Shown: positions 20,024 through 30,014 of the stretch, piece by piece | How positions within the stretch are numbered: the stretch's first letter is position 1 | Layout of the letters: every line of letters starts with the position of its first letter | Assembly: GCA_963812605.1 (NCBI GenBank) | Contig: CAWEWF010000001.1 | Coordinates: forward strand, 352,001 to 416,000 | DNA length: 64,000 bases | Source: an uncultured Verrucomicrobiae bacterium | GTDB taxonomy: Bacteria > Verrucomicrobiota > Verrucomicrobiia > Palsa-1439 | Reading direction: 5' to 3' | Notes under the pieces: generated by a model | Database searches by the model: none | What the model saw: only the letters and a program-made list of their open reading frames with translations | What the model was told of the DNA's origin: nothing | Translations under genes and position numbers: made by a program

Positions 20024-20121
20024 GGATTTTGATTTCGTTACTAGTGTGTGACATTGCGCAGATACTGTCGAGCCGGTTGTTGGTTTTCGGCAAGACGTAT
20101 ACTAGACTTCCTGCATTGCGA

Positions 20122-22449
20122 ATGAAAGCTGACATCGAAATCACGCCGGAGATTATCGCCAAGCATGGGGTCACACCAGAAGAGTACGAGCGCATCAAGA
20201 AGATCCTGGGACGCGCGCCGAATATCACGGAACTCGGCATCTTCTCGGTGATGTGGAGCGAGCATTGCAGCTACAAGAATTCGCGGCCCGAACTGAAGAA
20301 ATTCCCGCGTGACGCGCCGTTTATCCTGGTGAAGGCGGGCGAGGAAAATGCCGGGATCGTGGATATCGGCGACGGGTGGGCCATCGCGTTCAAGATCGAG
20401 TCCCACAATCACCCGAGCGCCGTGGAGCCGTTTCAAGGAGCGGCGACGGGAGTGGGCGGGATCATCCGCGACATTTTCACGATGGGCGCGCGGCCAATCC
20501 TCAATATGAACTCGTTGCGGTTCGGTCTTATCGAGGAGAGCAAAGACACAGGCAGGGACGCCTGCGCCACCAACCGCCGGCTGTTCGCGGGCGTCGTGGC
20601 GGGGATCGCGCATTACGGCAACTGCATTGGGATTCCGACGGTGGGCGGCGAAGTGTATTTCGACGAATCATACGATGGCAACCCGCTGGTCAACGCGCTC
20701 TCGCTGGGCGTGTTGCGCCACGACCAGATCAAGCGCGGCAAAGCGGCGGGCGTCGGCAACCCCGTCATCTATGTGGGCAGCGCGACTGGTCGCGATGGGC
20801 TGGCCGGCGCGGCGTTCGCCTCGCGGGAACTCACGGAAGAATCGCAACGCGACCGGCCCGCCGTGCAGGTGGGCGATCCATTCATGGAGAAACTATTGCT
20901 GGAGGCCTGCCTCGAAGTGATGCGCACCAATGGCCTCGTGGTGGGCATCCAGGACATGGGCGCGGCGGGGCTCACGTGTTCGACCTGCGAAACCGCCAGC
21001 CGTGGCGGCACGGGCAATGAGATTGACCTGGACCTGGTGCCGAAACGCGAGACGGGCATGACACCGTACGAGATCCTGCTCAGCGAATCACAGGAACGGA
21101 TGCTGCTCATCGCGCAAAAAGGCCGTGAGAAGGAAGTCGAGGCAATCTTCGAGAAATGGGACCTGCACGGCGTCACCATTGGCCGGGTGACGGACGATGG
21201 CCTGATGCGCGTCAAGGTTGGCAGCGCCGTCGCGGCGGAGATTCCGGCAAAACAACTCGCCGAAGACGCGCCGATTTACCACCGCGAAGCGAAACAACCG
21301 GACTGGGAAATTCGCAACGCGAGTTTTGAAATTCAAGAAGTTACTGAACCAAACGATTGCCAGGACGTTTTGCTCAAGCTGCTTGGCTCTCCGACGATTG
21401 CCTCCAAGAACTGGGTGTACCGGCAGTACGATCACATGGTGCAGGACGGAACGGTGGTGGCCCCCGGCAGCGACGCGGCGGTGGTGCGCATCAAACTTTC
21501 GCGGCCCGATCTCGGCGTACCCGGCGCGACGGGCGAGAAATACCTTGCGTTCACGACCGACTGCAACTCCACCTACTGCTATCTCGACCCCTTTGAGGGC
21601 GGCAAGATCGCCGTGGCGGAAGCTGCGCGCAACCTGGTCTGCAGCGGGGCGCGCCCCCTGGCCATCACCGACAACCTGAACTTCGGCAACCCCATGAAAC
21701 CGGAAGTGTTCTGGCAGTTCCGCCGTTGCGTCGAGGGCCTCTGCGAAGCCTGCCAGGTTTTCGATACGCCGGTCACCGGCGGCAACGTCAGTTTCTACAA
21801 CGAATCGCCCGCGGGCGCGATTGACCCGACGCCGACGATCGGCATGCTTGGGTTGATCGACGACCCGAAGCACATCACCACCCAATGGTTCAAGGGCGAG
21901 GGTGATGTAATTCTGCTATTGGGCGAAATGGGCGACGAACTCGGCGGCAGCGAGTATCTGAAACGGGTCCATGGACTCAAAACCGGCAAGCCGCCGCGGT
22001 TGGATTTGACGTTGGCGAAGCAGATTTCGGACTTCACCCTGGAGAGCATTCGCAAAGGCTGGGTCAGGAGCGCGCACGACTGTAGCGAAGGCGGCCTGGC
22101 GGTGGCCCTTGCGGAATGCTGCATGAGCAACGGCGAGGCGATGATCGGCGCGAGTGTGGACTTATCCAGATTTCCGGGACGACTGGATGCCGTGCTGTTT
22201 GGTGAAACGCAGTCGCGGATCGTGCTCAGTTGCCCGGCAAAGCACGCGGAGGAAATCCTGCGCGCGGGCCTGCCGGCGACCCGCCTCGGGGTCACGGGAG
22301 GCAATTCTCTGAAAATTCGAACGCTTCGCGGCGAGTTATCCTGGGACCTGGCGCGTCTGCGGGATGTTTGGTGGAACGCGATCGGGCGCCTCATGGACGT
22401 TCTGAGCGATGCGAATTATTTCTGCTTCCCCAACAACTTCTGGAGATAG
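20122..22449 (+). CDS. purL: FGAM synthase subunit PurL
   Basis: [40 protein letters not shown]; start at ATG 20122. Confidence 0.97.
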   Translation: MKADIEITPEIIAKHGVTPEEYERIKKILGRAPNITELGIFSVMWSEHCSYKNSRPELKKFPRDAPFILVKAGEENAGIVDIGDGWAIAFKIESHNHPSAVEPFQGAATGVGGIIRDIFTMGARPILNMNSLRFGLIEESKDTGRDACATNRRLFAGVVAGIAHYGNCIGIPTVGGEVYFDESYDGNPLVNALSLGVLRHDQIKRGKAAGVGNPVIYVGSATGRDGLAGAAFASRELTEESQRDRPAVQVGDPFMEKLLLEACLEVMRTNGLVVGIQDMGAAGLTCSTCETASRGGTGNEIDLDLVPKRETGMTPYEILLSESQERMLLIAQKGREKEVEAIFEKWDLHGVTIGRVTDDGLMRVKVGSAVAAEIPAKQLAEDAPIYHREAKQPDWEIRNASFEIQEVTEPNDCQDVLLKLLGSPTIASKNWVYRQYDHMVQDGTVVAPGSDAAVVRIKLSRPDLGVPGATGEKYLAFTTDCNSTYCYLDPFEGGKIAVAEAARNLVCSGARPLAITDNLNFGNPMKPEVFWQFRRCVEGLCEACQVFDTPVTGGNVSFYNESPAGAIDPTPTIGMLGLIDDPKHITTQWFKGEGDVILLLGEMGDELGGSEYLKRVHGLKTGKPPRLDLTLAKQISDFTLESIRKGWVRSAHDCSEGGLAVALAECCMSNGEAMIGASVDLSRFPGRLDAVLFGETQSRIVLSCPAKHAEEILRAGLPATRLGVTGGNSLKIRTLRGELSWDLARLRDVWWNAIGRLMDVLSDANYFCFPNNFWR
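20545..20571. repeat. REP unit inserted in-frame in purL (encodes DTGRDACAT)
   Basis: gacacaggcagggacgcctgcgccacc is close to the reverse complement of the intergenic unit near 14504-14529. Confidence 0.7.
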
Positions 22450-22784
22450 TCCGGCATCGATGGTCGTTGCGCGGGCTGGGCGGTTGTGTTGGTCGTGCTG
22501 GAAACTTTCTGCTGGATCTCGGCAATGGTGTCCTTGAGCGCCTGCTGCTGATCGGGTGTCAACTTGGCCTTGTGCGACAGGACCTGCAGGTCGCCAAGCG
22601 CCTCGGGATAGTTGTTGGATTTGACAGCCGACACGGCCTTATCGACGAGCGTCTGCATGGCGGGTTCGGCCTCTTTGAAACTGCTCTGCAGCTCGGAAGT
22701 GCTCACCCGGCCTTTGTGACCGCAGCCGGTGATGGCCAACAATGCGCCCAGCGCCGCAACCAGCATCCACGCAAATCTTCTCAT
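22416..22784 (-). CDS. Putative lipoprotein
   Basis: [21 protein letters not shown] lipobox; helical mature part; 3' end overlaps purL. Confidence 0.75.
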   Translation of the reverse strand: MRRFAWMLVAALGALLAITGCGHKGRVSTSELQSSFKEAEPAMQTLVDKAVSAVKSNNYPEALGDLQVLSHKAKLTPDQQQALKDTIAEIQQKVSSTTNTTAQPAQRPSMPDYLQKLLGKQK

Positions 22785-22849
22785 GACTGTGCTCCCGTCC
22801 GGGCGCAGGATAGGCAGCGCCCGCGGAACGGTCAAACTCAAATGCCGAC

Positions 22850-22875
22850 CAATCCACGGCCCTTCGGCCTTCGTA
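22850..22875 (+). promoter_or_regulatory. Candidate ECF (SigK-like) promoter upstream of the sigma/anti-sigma pair
   Basis: CAATCC-N16-CGTA resembles the ATCC...CGTA promoters of RskA-paired ECF groups; inference only. Confidence 0.3.
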
Positions 22876-23294
22876 GTAACTATTGAACGGCGGGAGCGAT
22901 GAGCCGTCGGAAACAAGGATGAGACGCATGAACCGAAACTGGAATGTGCCCGGTGCTCGCCTCAAAGCGAAACACCCGCGGCCTCATCCCCCTCGGCGGT
23001 GCATGGTGCCCGTCGCGTTCGTGGTCTCCCTTTCGTGGCCCGTGACGGTCACGATCAGGAGGCCAGAGTGCCAAAGCCGAAATAGATTCCTTCATGCAAT
23101 TCGAGCCACATCAATTCCGAGAGCGCCCCTGCGCTTCCGCGCGCGGGTATGATCCGTTTCCGGAGCGGACAACCTCGTTTGGCATGGCGCTTCCACCAGC
23201 GCGCTGGCGCCGACCGATTTCAACCAGACGATCGCGATATCGCCCGCCAATCTTTTCACTCGCCAGCTTTTCGCGCGATTGCTACATTGCCGCG

Positions 23295-23903
23295 ATGTCC
23301 GATGGCCAAAGTGGGGGAAACGCCGCTTCGACAGAGATGCGGGATGACGGCGCGTTGTTACGCGCAGTGACCGCGCGTGACAAAGGGGCGTTTCAGCAGC
23401 TCTATACGCGCCACAGTCCGCTGCTCTTTGGCCTCGCGGTGAAGATTCTGGGTGATCGGGTCGAGGCCGAAGACGTTTTGCAGGAGACTTTCGTCCAGGT
23501 TTGGAAAACCGCCGCCACGTTCGATGACCAACGCGGCAAGCCGCTCGCCTGGTTCATCATGCTCACGCGCAGTCGCGCCATCGACCGTCTCCGGTCGCGC
23601 AAGACCCGCTCCCGTCTCGCTGATTCCGTCGGCCAAGACAAATCTCAAATCACAACGGGCACGACACCCGCCGACGACGCGGTCGCCTCGGAGGCGCAAC
23701 GGACCGTGCGCGACGCCCTGGGCAAACTCCCGGAGGACCAGCGGGTGCCCATTGAGATGGCTTATTTCGGCGGGCTGACCCAGTTTGAGATCGCTCAAAA
23801 ACTCAGCCAGCCCCTCGGCACGGTGAAAACCAGGATCCGCGCCGGCATGGTCCGTCTTCGCGAGCAACTGGGCGGCACCGTGAGAGAGGGGCGCACGCCA
23901 TGA
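23295..23903 (+). CDS. ECF RNA polymerase sigma factor (SigK-like)
   Basis: AEDVLQETFVQVW, RAIDRLR, AYFGGLTQFEIA, PLGTVKTRIR. Confidence 0.93.
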   Translation: MSDGQSGGNAASTEMRDDGALLRAVTARDKGAFQQLYTRHSPLLFGLAVKILGDRVEAEDVLQETFVQVWKTAATFDDQRGKPLAWFIMLTRSRAIDRLRSRKTRSRLADSVGQDKSQITTGTTPADDAVASEAQRTVRDALGKLPEDQRVPIEMAYFGGLTQFEIAQKLSQPLGTVKTRIRAGMVRLREQLGGTVREGRTP

Positions 23904-25057
23904 CGCACGACACCTTTCGCGAGATGCTTCCGCTCTACGTCATCGGCGCGCTGGATGGCGACGAATTGTATCATTTTGAGCGCTACGTGGCCGAGAACCG
24001 CGAGCTCTGCCGGGCCGAGGTTGCGGAATACCAGGCCATTGCCGACCAAATGGCGCTGGCCGCTCCGTCCGTGCAGCCGTCGTCCTCGGTGTACAGTCAC
24101 ATCCTGGCGGCAATCGAGGAAAAGAAACAGCCGCTGGAAGCGCCGGCGCCCGCCCCGGTGGCGGGACCTACTCGTGTCCCTGTGCGCGTGCCAGTGGCCG
24201 CCCCGGCGTCCACGCCCGCGGCTTCTGTCGCACCCACACCGGTTGTCAAACCCCGCGAGCGCGAGGGTTTCAATCTCGGCGCGCTCATCCTCCGTGGGAT
24301 CCCCTGGGCGGTCGCCGCCGTATTGGCGATCCTGTTGATCGGCGTCAACGGCCAACTTCGCGAGATGACGCGTTTGCACCAGGCGATGACGGAAGAGTAC
24401 AACAACCTTCTTGCCAAAAATGACGAGCAACATGGCGGCCTTACCAATCTTGCCGCCCGCCTCGATATCCAGACCCGGGAGTACACCGCGCAGGTGCAGC
24501 AGCTTCAGGAACAAATCGAGAAGCTTCGCGTCCAGAACGACGAGCAACAGCAGAATCTGAAAACCTTGGGCGCGGCCAACAAGCAACTGGATATCGAAAA
24601 AATCCAGTTGCAACATGCCGCGGATCGGATGCGCGAACAACTGGAACAACAGATCCAGCAAACTGGCTTGCTCCTGAAGAAGGTCAACGAACAAACCGCC
24701 TCGCTTGACCTTCTAATGGACCCCGGAATTCGCATCGCTCCACTGGTCGACCCGAAGGGAGAAGCCAGGGGGACCGCCAAGATCTATTGGCAAAGCGAGA
24801 AGAAGACGGGACTCATGGTCGTCTCCAATCTCGCGCCGGTCGTTGAAGGGCGGGGGAAATGCCTCGAGATTTGGGCGATCTGCGGCACCGAACCGCCCGT
24901 TCCCGCGGGCGTCGGTTGGACGGACGAGTCCGGTCACGGCAATCTGCGGGTCAAGCTGGCCAGGGACATCGCCTGCATTGATAAGTTTGCCGTCACGATC
25001 GAGAAGACGGGCGGCGTACCGAGTCCGGAAGGCTCCATCATTCTCATCGGCCAGTAG
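23900..25057 (+). CDS. RskA-like anti-sigma factor with long coiled-coil insert
   Basis: LPLYVIGALD...FERY N-terminus, TM helix, Gln/Glu-rich coiled coil, C-terminal LEIW...FAVTIEKTGG...P.G; ATGA overlap with sigma. Confidence 0.85.
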   Translation: MTHDTFREMLPLYVIGALDGDELYHFERYVAENRELCRAEVAEYQAIADQMALAAPSVQPSSSVYSHILAAIEEKKQPLEAPAPAPVAGPTRVPVRVPVAAPASTPAASVAPTPVVKPREREGFNLGALILRGIPWAVAAVLAILLIGVNGQLREMTRLHQAMTEEYNNLLAKNDEQHGGLTNLAARLDIQTREYTAQVQQLQEQIEKLRVQNDEQQQNLKTLGAANKQLDIEKIQLQHAADRMREQLEQQIQQTGLLLKKVNEQTASLDLLMDPGIRIAPLVDPKGEARGTAKIYWQSEKKTGLMVVSNLAPVVEGRGKCLEIWAICGTEPPVPAGVGWTDESGHGNLRVKLARDIACIDKFAVTIEKTGGVPSPEGSIILIGQ

Positions 25058-25242
25058 TTTCGCATTCCACCCCGTGGTTGCCAGAAACAACTACTTGGTA
25101 GACATCTGGTTACACGGGTGATTCAAAGTCCTTCGGAACAAAAGGCTTCCTTGGTTCGTGACGGTCGTTTTCTGGCATAAACCCTGCACTACATGGCTTC
25201 TGGTTGCCGTGTGAACTTATAGTCGATCAAGGAAAAAACCAT

Positions 25243-25743
25243 ATGGGCATTTTCACCGCAGCAGTTGCGTTATTCAGCAATGGTGGCGTGGGCCAACGGG
25301 AAAGAAAGCCTCGAGGCGCCCATTCCGATGACGAAGCCGAACCGAAAGGGACGGTCCTGGTGATCGATGACGACCCGACGTTCCTGGAGGCGATCCGGCT
25401 TCTCTTGCGCGATGCGGGATACAATGTGCTGACCTCCAGCACCGGCCCAAAGGGCCTCGACATGGTGCGTTATGCCCCCAAAGATGTGCGCCTCGTGTTG
25501 CTCGACTACAACATGCCCCGATTCAACGGTGCCGAGACGCTCGAATTCCTGCACAAGCTGAACCCGGCCCTGAAAGTCGTGGCCGTCTCCGGGTTCCGCG
25601 TCGCCGACCTTCCCGAAAGTTTCCACCGTGGCGTCGATCGACTCCTTTCCAAGCCGTTCAGCAACGATCAATTGTTGAAGACAGTGGAGGAAGTTATCGA
25701 AGGCAATTCCGTCAGCGAAGCCGCCGTTTCCGCCTCCCGCTAG
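25243..25743 (+). CDS. Response regulator receiver protein
   Basis: VLVIDDD, LLDYNMPRFNG, AVSG, LSKPF. Confidence 0.9.
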   Translation: MGIFTAAVALFSNGGVGQRERKPRGAHSDDEAEPKGTVLVIDDDPTFLEAIRLLLRDAGYNVLTSSTGPKGLDMVRYAPKDVRLVLLDYNMPRFNGAETLEFLHKLNPALKVVAVSGFRVADLPESFHRGVDRLLSKPFSNDQLLKTVEEVIEGNSVSEAAVSASR

Positions 25744-25822
25744 CTCCTTCCATCAACCCGGATAATTTTCCTCGTCCGGGGTTGTCTCGGTAGTGTATCA
25801 GTTTGAATCAGAGGGCACGGAT

Positions 25823-26008
25823 TCAGATCAGTTTATCGGCGTAATTTGAGCGAACTCTCTTCTTCAAGAGGAACTGGGACAATATCCCCAACGGAAAGAC
25901 CAAGAACCATGCGGTTTTCTCCCACCCATACGAGATGCAGACGGTGAACAGGGCAAAATACAAGACCAAACCAATCCAACGAATTACTCGCCAGCTAGTC
26001 GTGTTCAC
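25823..26008 (-). CDS. Small two-TM membrane protein
   Basis: 61-aa ORF with two hydrophobic segments, AT-richer than flanks. Confidence 0.45.
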   Translation of the reverse strand: MNTTSWRVIRWIGLVLYFALFTVCISYGWEKTAWFLVFPLGILSQFLLKKRVRSNYADKLI

Positions 26009-26175
26009 GGATTGGAAGTTTATGGCACCCGGTCAATCAGCGCAATGATTTCCTCGACTTCCCAAACGTGGTCAGCAATACCGTTGTCTCTTGCAATTTC
26101 CACTTTGTTGGACTACACATCTCTTTCGAGGCGGTTTTCGACAGTTGGACTTCGTCGAAGCGAGTTGACCGAGAA

Positions 26176-27681
26176 ATGAACCCAGAAGAAAGCGCGCGGC
26201 CACGGCATTATTGCGGGCTGTTTGGGATTTACGGACACCCGAACGCGGCGGAGCTGACCTATTACGGGTTGTACGCGCTGCAGCACCGCGGCCAGGAAAG
26301 CGCGGGAATCACGGCTTCCGACGGCATCGACCTGCGGACCTACAAGGGCATGGGGCTCGTCGGTCAGGTCTTCGACAAGAACATCCTGCGTTCCCTGCCG
26401 GGTCATCTCGCGATCGGTCATGTCCGTTACTCGACCACCGGCAGTTCCAATATCAAGAACGCCCAGCCGCTCGTGGTCGATTGCGCGCGCGGGCAGATAG
26501 CCATCGGCCACAACGGCAATCTCACCAACGCCTCCCACCTGCGCCTCGAACTCGAAGAGCAGGGGTCGATTTTCCAGACGACCGTCGATAGCGAAATCAT
26601 CCTGCATTTGCTCGCGCGTCCATCCGACCACGACCGGGCGCATTCGCTCGAAGCGGTCATGCGCAAAATCCAGGGCGCGTACTCGCTCGTCATCATGGGC
26701 GAAGATGAACTCATCGGCGTCCGCGATCCGTTTGGCTTTCGTCCGCTGGTGTTGGGCAAACTGGCCGCGACGAAGGAAGACGGCAGCGAGGGCGGTGTCG
26801 CCTACGTGCTGGCGAGCGAAACCTGCGCGCTCGACCTCATCCACGCCGAGTACGTGCGCGACCTCGCCCCCGGCGAGATCGTTGTCATCAACAAGGAAGG
26901 CGTGCGCTCGGTCAATCCCTGGGCGGGTACCCAGCAGCCGCACGCGTTCTGCATTTTCGAGTACGTGTACTTTGCGCGGCCGGATAGCGACATCTTCAAC
27001 AAGAACGTCGCGCAGGTCCGCATCAACCTGGGCCGCCAGTTGGCGCGCGAGCATCCCATTGAGGCGGACCTCGTGATCCCCGTGCCCGACAGCGGCAATT
27101 GGGCGGCGATGGGGTTCGCGGAGGAAAGCGGGATCGATTTTGGCAATGCTTTCGTCCGCAATCATTACGTGGGCCGCACATTCCTGCAGCCGACCCAGCT
27201 CATCCGCGATTTTGGCGTGCGGGTGAAACTCAACCTCATCGAGGAAATGGTCGTGGGCAAGCGCGTCGTCGTGGTGGACGATTCGATTGTGCGCGGCACG
27301 ACCGCGCGCGCGCGGGTGATCACCTTGCGCGAGGCCGGCGCGAAGGAGGTTCACATGCGCGTCAGTTGCCCGCCGCACAAATGGCCCTGCGCCTATGGCA
27401 TCGATTTCCCGACGCGCAAGGAGTTGATGGCCGCGAACAATTCGCAGGAACAAATCCGCGAATTTCTCGGCGCCGATTCGCTCGGCTACCTCTCGCTGGA
27501 CGGCATGATCGCCTCCACCGGCCTGCCCGCAAACGAATTCTGCGCCGCCTGTTACACCGGCAACTATCCATCCCCCGTCGAATCCGAAATGGACAAGTTC
27601 GTCATGGAACAGCGCCGCACCAAATATCGCCGCCCCGTCTCCGATTTGGTGCACGACGATACGCAGAGGCCGTTGTTATGA
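26176..27681 (+). CDS. purF: Amidophosphoribosyltransferase
   Basis: Propeptide then CGLFG, LQHRGQE, GHVRYST, VVVDDSIVRGTT, CAACY Fe-S ligands. Confidence 0.97.
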   Translation: MNPEESARPRHYCGLFGIYGHPNAAELTYYGLYALQHRGQESAGITASDGIDLRTYKGMGLVGQVFDKNILRSLPGHLAIGHVRYSTTGSSNIKNAQPLVVDCARGQIAIGHNGNLTNASHLRLELEEQGSIFQTTVDSEIILHLLARPSDHDRAHSLEAVMRKIQGAYSLVIMGEDELIGVRDPFGFRPLVLGKLAATKEDGSEGGVAYVLASETCALDLIHAEYVRDLAPGEIVVINKEGVRSVNPWAGTQQPHAFCIFEYVYFARPDSDIFNKNVAQVRINLGRQLAREHPIEADLVIPVPDSGNWAAMGFAEESGIDFGNAFVRNHYVGRTFLQPTQLIRDFGVRVKLNLIEEMVVGKRVVVVDDSIVRGTTARARVITLREAGAKEVHMRVSCPPHKWPCAYGIDFPTRKELMAANNSQEQIREFLGADSLGYLSLDGMIASTGLPANEFCAACYTGNYPSPVESEMDKFVMEQRRTKYRRPVSDLVHDDTQRPLL

Positions 27682-27947
27682 AAAGGCTTTCCTCTCGACG
27701 CACAGTCAAGAAGCCCCGCGCGTTTAGGCAGGGTGATTTCGTGACGGTTGTCAGAATTCCGCCGGGCTTGAAAGACGTAGAGGATCTTAAGACAAAACGT
27801 GTGTTCCGTAATGCCCTTGGCAAGACGTATCGCGTAGAGGGGCTTGGTGAGTTCGGCCATTTGGAATTGGCAGTTACCAAACGCGATACGATCTATATTG
27901 AACCTGAATTTGTTGTTCTCGCTAGAAAGCGTAAAAAGTTGCAGTGA
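27678..27947 (+). CDS. Small basic hypothetical protein (89 aa) between purF and purM
   Basis: MKRLSSRR...FRQGDFVTVVRIP...LGKTYRVEG...IYIEPEFV; ATGA overlap with purF and GTGA overlap with purM. Confidence 0.7.
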   Translation: MKRLSSRRTVKKPRAFRQGDFVTVVRIPPGLKDVEDLKTKRVFRNALGKTYRVEGLGEFGHLELAVTKRDTIYIEPEFVVLARKRKKLQ

Positions 27948-29005
27948 ATTCTTCCAAAAGTTCCGAGGATCGATACACCCACTCAGGCGTGAACATTCAT
28001 CTCGCCGACACGCTGAAGGGTGGGCTCAAGCAGAAGGTTCGTAAGACGCTGCGGCCCGAGGTGCTGGGGGCGATTGGTGGGTTCGGAGGGCTGTTTGCGC
28101 TTGATCTGAAGAAGTACAAGCGACCGGTGCTGGTGAGCAGCATGGATGGTGTTGGGACGAAACTCAAAATTGCGGTCGCGCTAAACAAGCATGACACGGT
28201 CGGGCAGGACCTTGTCAATCATTGCGTGAATGACATCGCCGCGGCCGGCGCGGAGCCCTTGTTTTTCCTGGATTACATCGGCATGGGTCAATTGGCGCCG
28301 CGAGTATTCAATCAAATTATCGATGGCCTGGTCAAGGCGTGCACGGAAGCAGGTTGCGCATTGATCGGGGGCGAGACGGCGCAAATGCCGGGCATGTATG
28401 CGGCGGGTGATTACGATTTGGTGAGCACGATCGTCGGCGTGGTTGAACGCGACCAGATCATTGACGGGTCGCGCATACGCCCGGGAGACGCGATCCTCGG
28501 CCTGGCCAGCACAGGGTTGCACACCAACGGTTATTCCCTGGCCCGGCAGATTCTTTTCGCGCAGATGCGGGTGCGGCTGGATGATTATCACAGCGGCCTC
28601 GGCTGCACGTTCGGGGAAGAACTGCTCAAGGTGCATCGCAACTACTGGCCCATCATTCGGAAAATTCGAAAATCGAAAAATGAAATCCGAAACTCCATTC
28701 ATGGGATCGCACATATCACCGGCGGCGGGTTTTATGACAACATTCCGCGGGTGTTGCCGAAGAATTGCGGCGCGGTCATCCGCAGTGGTTCCTGGGAGGT
28801 GCTGCCGATTTTCAAACTGCTCCAGGAAGGCGGTGGGGTGACCGATGAGGAGATGCATCGTGTGTTCAACATGGGCATCGGCATGGTGTGCATCGTCGAT
28901 CCGAAATCGGTGGCGGCGGTCCAGAGGGTCGCCTCGCGCGCGGGTGTGAAATCCTATCTCATCGGGGAAATCCGCAAGAGCAAGCCCGCAGTGGTCATCG
29001 AGTGA
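27944..29005 (+). CDS. purM: Phosphoribosylaminoimidazole (AIR) synthetase
   Basis: GGFGGLF, DGVGTK, GGETAQMP, GLHTNGYSL, HITGGG, FNMGIGM. Confidence 0.97.
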   Translation: MNSSKSSEDRYTHSGVNIHLADTLKGGLKQKVRKTLRPEVLGAIGGFGGLFALDLKKYKRPVLVSSMDGVGTKLKIAVALNKHDTVGQDLVNHCVNDIAAAGAEPLFFLDYIGMGQLAPRVFNQIIDGLVKACTEAGCALIGGETAQMPGMYAAGDYDLVSTIVGVVERDQIIDGSRIRPGDAILGLASTGLHTNGYSLARQILFAQMRVRLDDYHSGLGCTFGEELLKVHRNYWPIIRKIRKSKNEIRNSIHGIAHITGGGFYDNIPRVLPKNCGAVIRSGSWEVLPIFKLLQEGGGVTDEEMHRVFNMGIGMVCIVDPKSVAAVQRVASRAGVKSYLIGEIRKSKPAVVIE

Positions 29006-29045
29006 TCAGCATTTCCTTTTCTGACATTCTGAACGAAGTTACGTT

Positions 29046-29525
29046 ATGAAGCGCCACGCAAAGCGCCTGCTCTGGCTCGTTGCCATCGGCGTGACCGCTT
29101 TTATGGTATTCGAGTTCGTTGTCGCGCCACACGTTGTGTATGGCGACAGCATGACGCCGACGTTGAAAACATGGGATTTTTGCCTGATGCAACGAGTGCG
29201 GCATTACGATCCTCGTCGGGGCGACATCGTGGTGTTCCGCACGGCAGACAATCCGCCATTGTATTTCGTGAAACGCGTGATCGGTTTGCCCGGCGAGGCT
29301 GTCGCGATTGAGCACGGGGTATTCAAGATTAACGGCGCGCCATTATCTGAGCCATACACCACGATCAATCCCAACTGGCAAATGGAGCCCCTGTTGCTTC
29401 GCACGGGAAGAATTTTTGTCGTGGGCGACAACCGCGACTTCGATCTGGATGCCTACGTGAAAGGGCCCGTGGCGACCTGGCTTGTGCAAGAGCGAATGCT
29501 TTGGCATTGGAGATGGAAACGATGA
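29046..29525 (+). CDS. lepB: Signal peptidase I
   Basis: GDSMTPTL (Ser), FVKRVIGLPGE (Lys), VGDNR. Confidence 0.9.
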   Translation: MKRHAKRLLWLVAIGVTAFMVFEFVVAPHVVYGDSMTPTLKTWDFCLMQRVRHYDPRRGDIVVFRTADNPPLYFVKRVIGLPGEAVAIEHGVFKINGAPLSEPYTTINPNWQMEPLLLRTGRIFVVGDNRDFDLDAYVKGPVATWLVQERMLWHWRWKR

Positions 29526-29980
29526 AATGGCTGTTACGAATCGTCATGGTCGGGATTGTTGCGTTCGCGCTGTGGCAGGTTTGGCAGCGGGTGTTTGTGA
29601 CCGATGAAACGCGGGTCAAGAAACAGATCGCGCTCATGGAAAACGCGGTGGAAAAGGGCAAGCTGCTGCAACTCTCGGATACGGTGGCGGCTGATTACAG
29701 CGATGACTGGGGAATGGACAAGTCCATGCTGCTGGGCGGGGTCAGTTCGTTTCGCGCCCAGTACGACGCGATCTTCATTCATCTCAGCGACCTGACCGTT
29801 ACCGTCGATCCCGACCACCAAAAAGCGCAGGCCGTGTTCATTGCGAAAGTCCTCGCCAAGGCGAAGGGCAGCCTCTCGGAGAGTGAAGTCCGCGCCGAAC
29901 GTTTTCGCCTGTACTTCCGCAAAAACGATGCCGGCTGGAAGCTCATCCGTGTCGAATCCCCCGAGTTGAAATTCGATTGA
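29522..29980 (+). CDS. Membrane-anchored hypothetical protein, possibly NTF2-like
   Basis: N-terminal TM; DYSD...DK and FRK..GWKL patterns; ATGA overlap with lepB. Confidence 0.65.
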   Translation: MKWLLRIVMVGIVAFALWQVWQRVFVTDETRVKKQIALMENAVEKGKLLQLSDTVAADYSDDWGMDKSMLLGGVSSFRAQYDAIFIHLSDLTVTVDPDHQKAQAVFIAKVLAKAKGSLSESEVRAERFRLYFRKNDAGWKLIRVESPELKFD

Positions 29981-30014
29981 AGGTCAACCCGGCATCCGTT
30001 ACCCTCAGCAGGTT

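Noticed and set aside
22883-23152. 89-aa ORF upstream of the sigma factor
   Set aside because: Arg/Pro-rich with no recognisable family; coding status unsupported.
29981-30014. ZTP or purine riboswitch before purH or other pur genes
   Set aside because: Gap is only ~35 nt and no recognisable aptamer is visible before purB, purL or purF.
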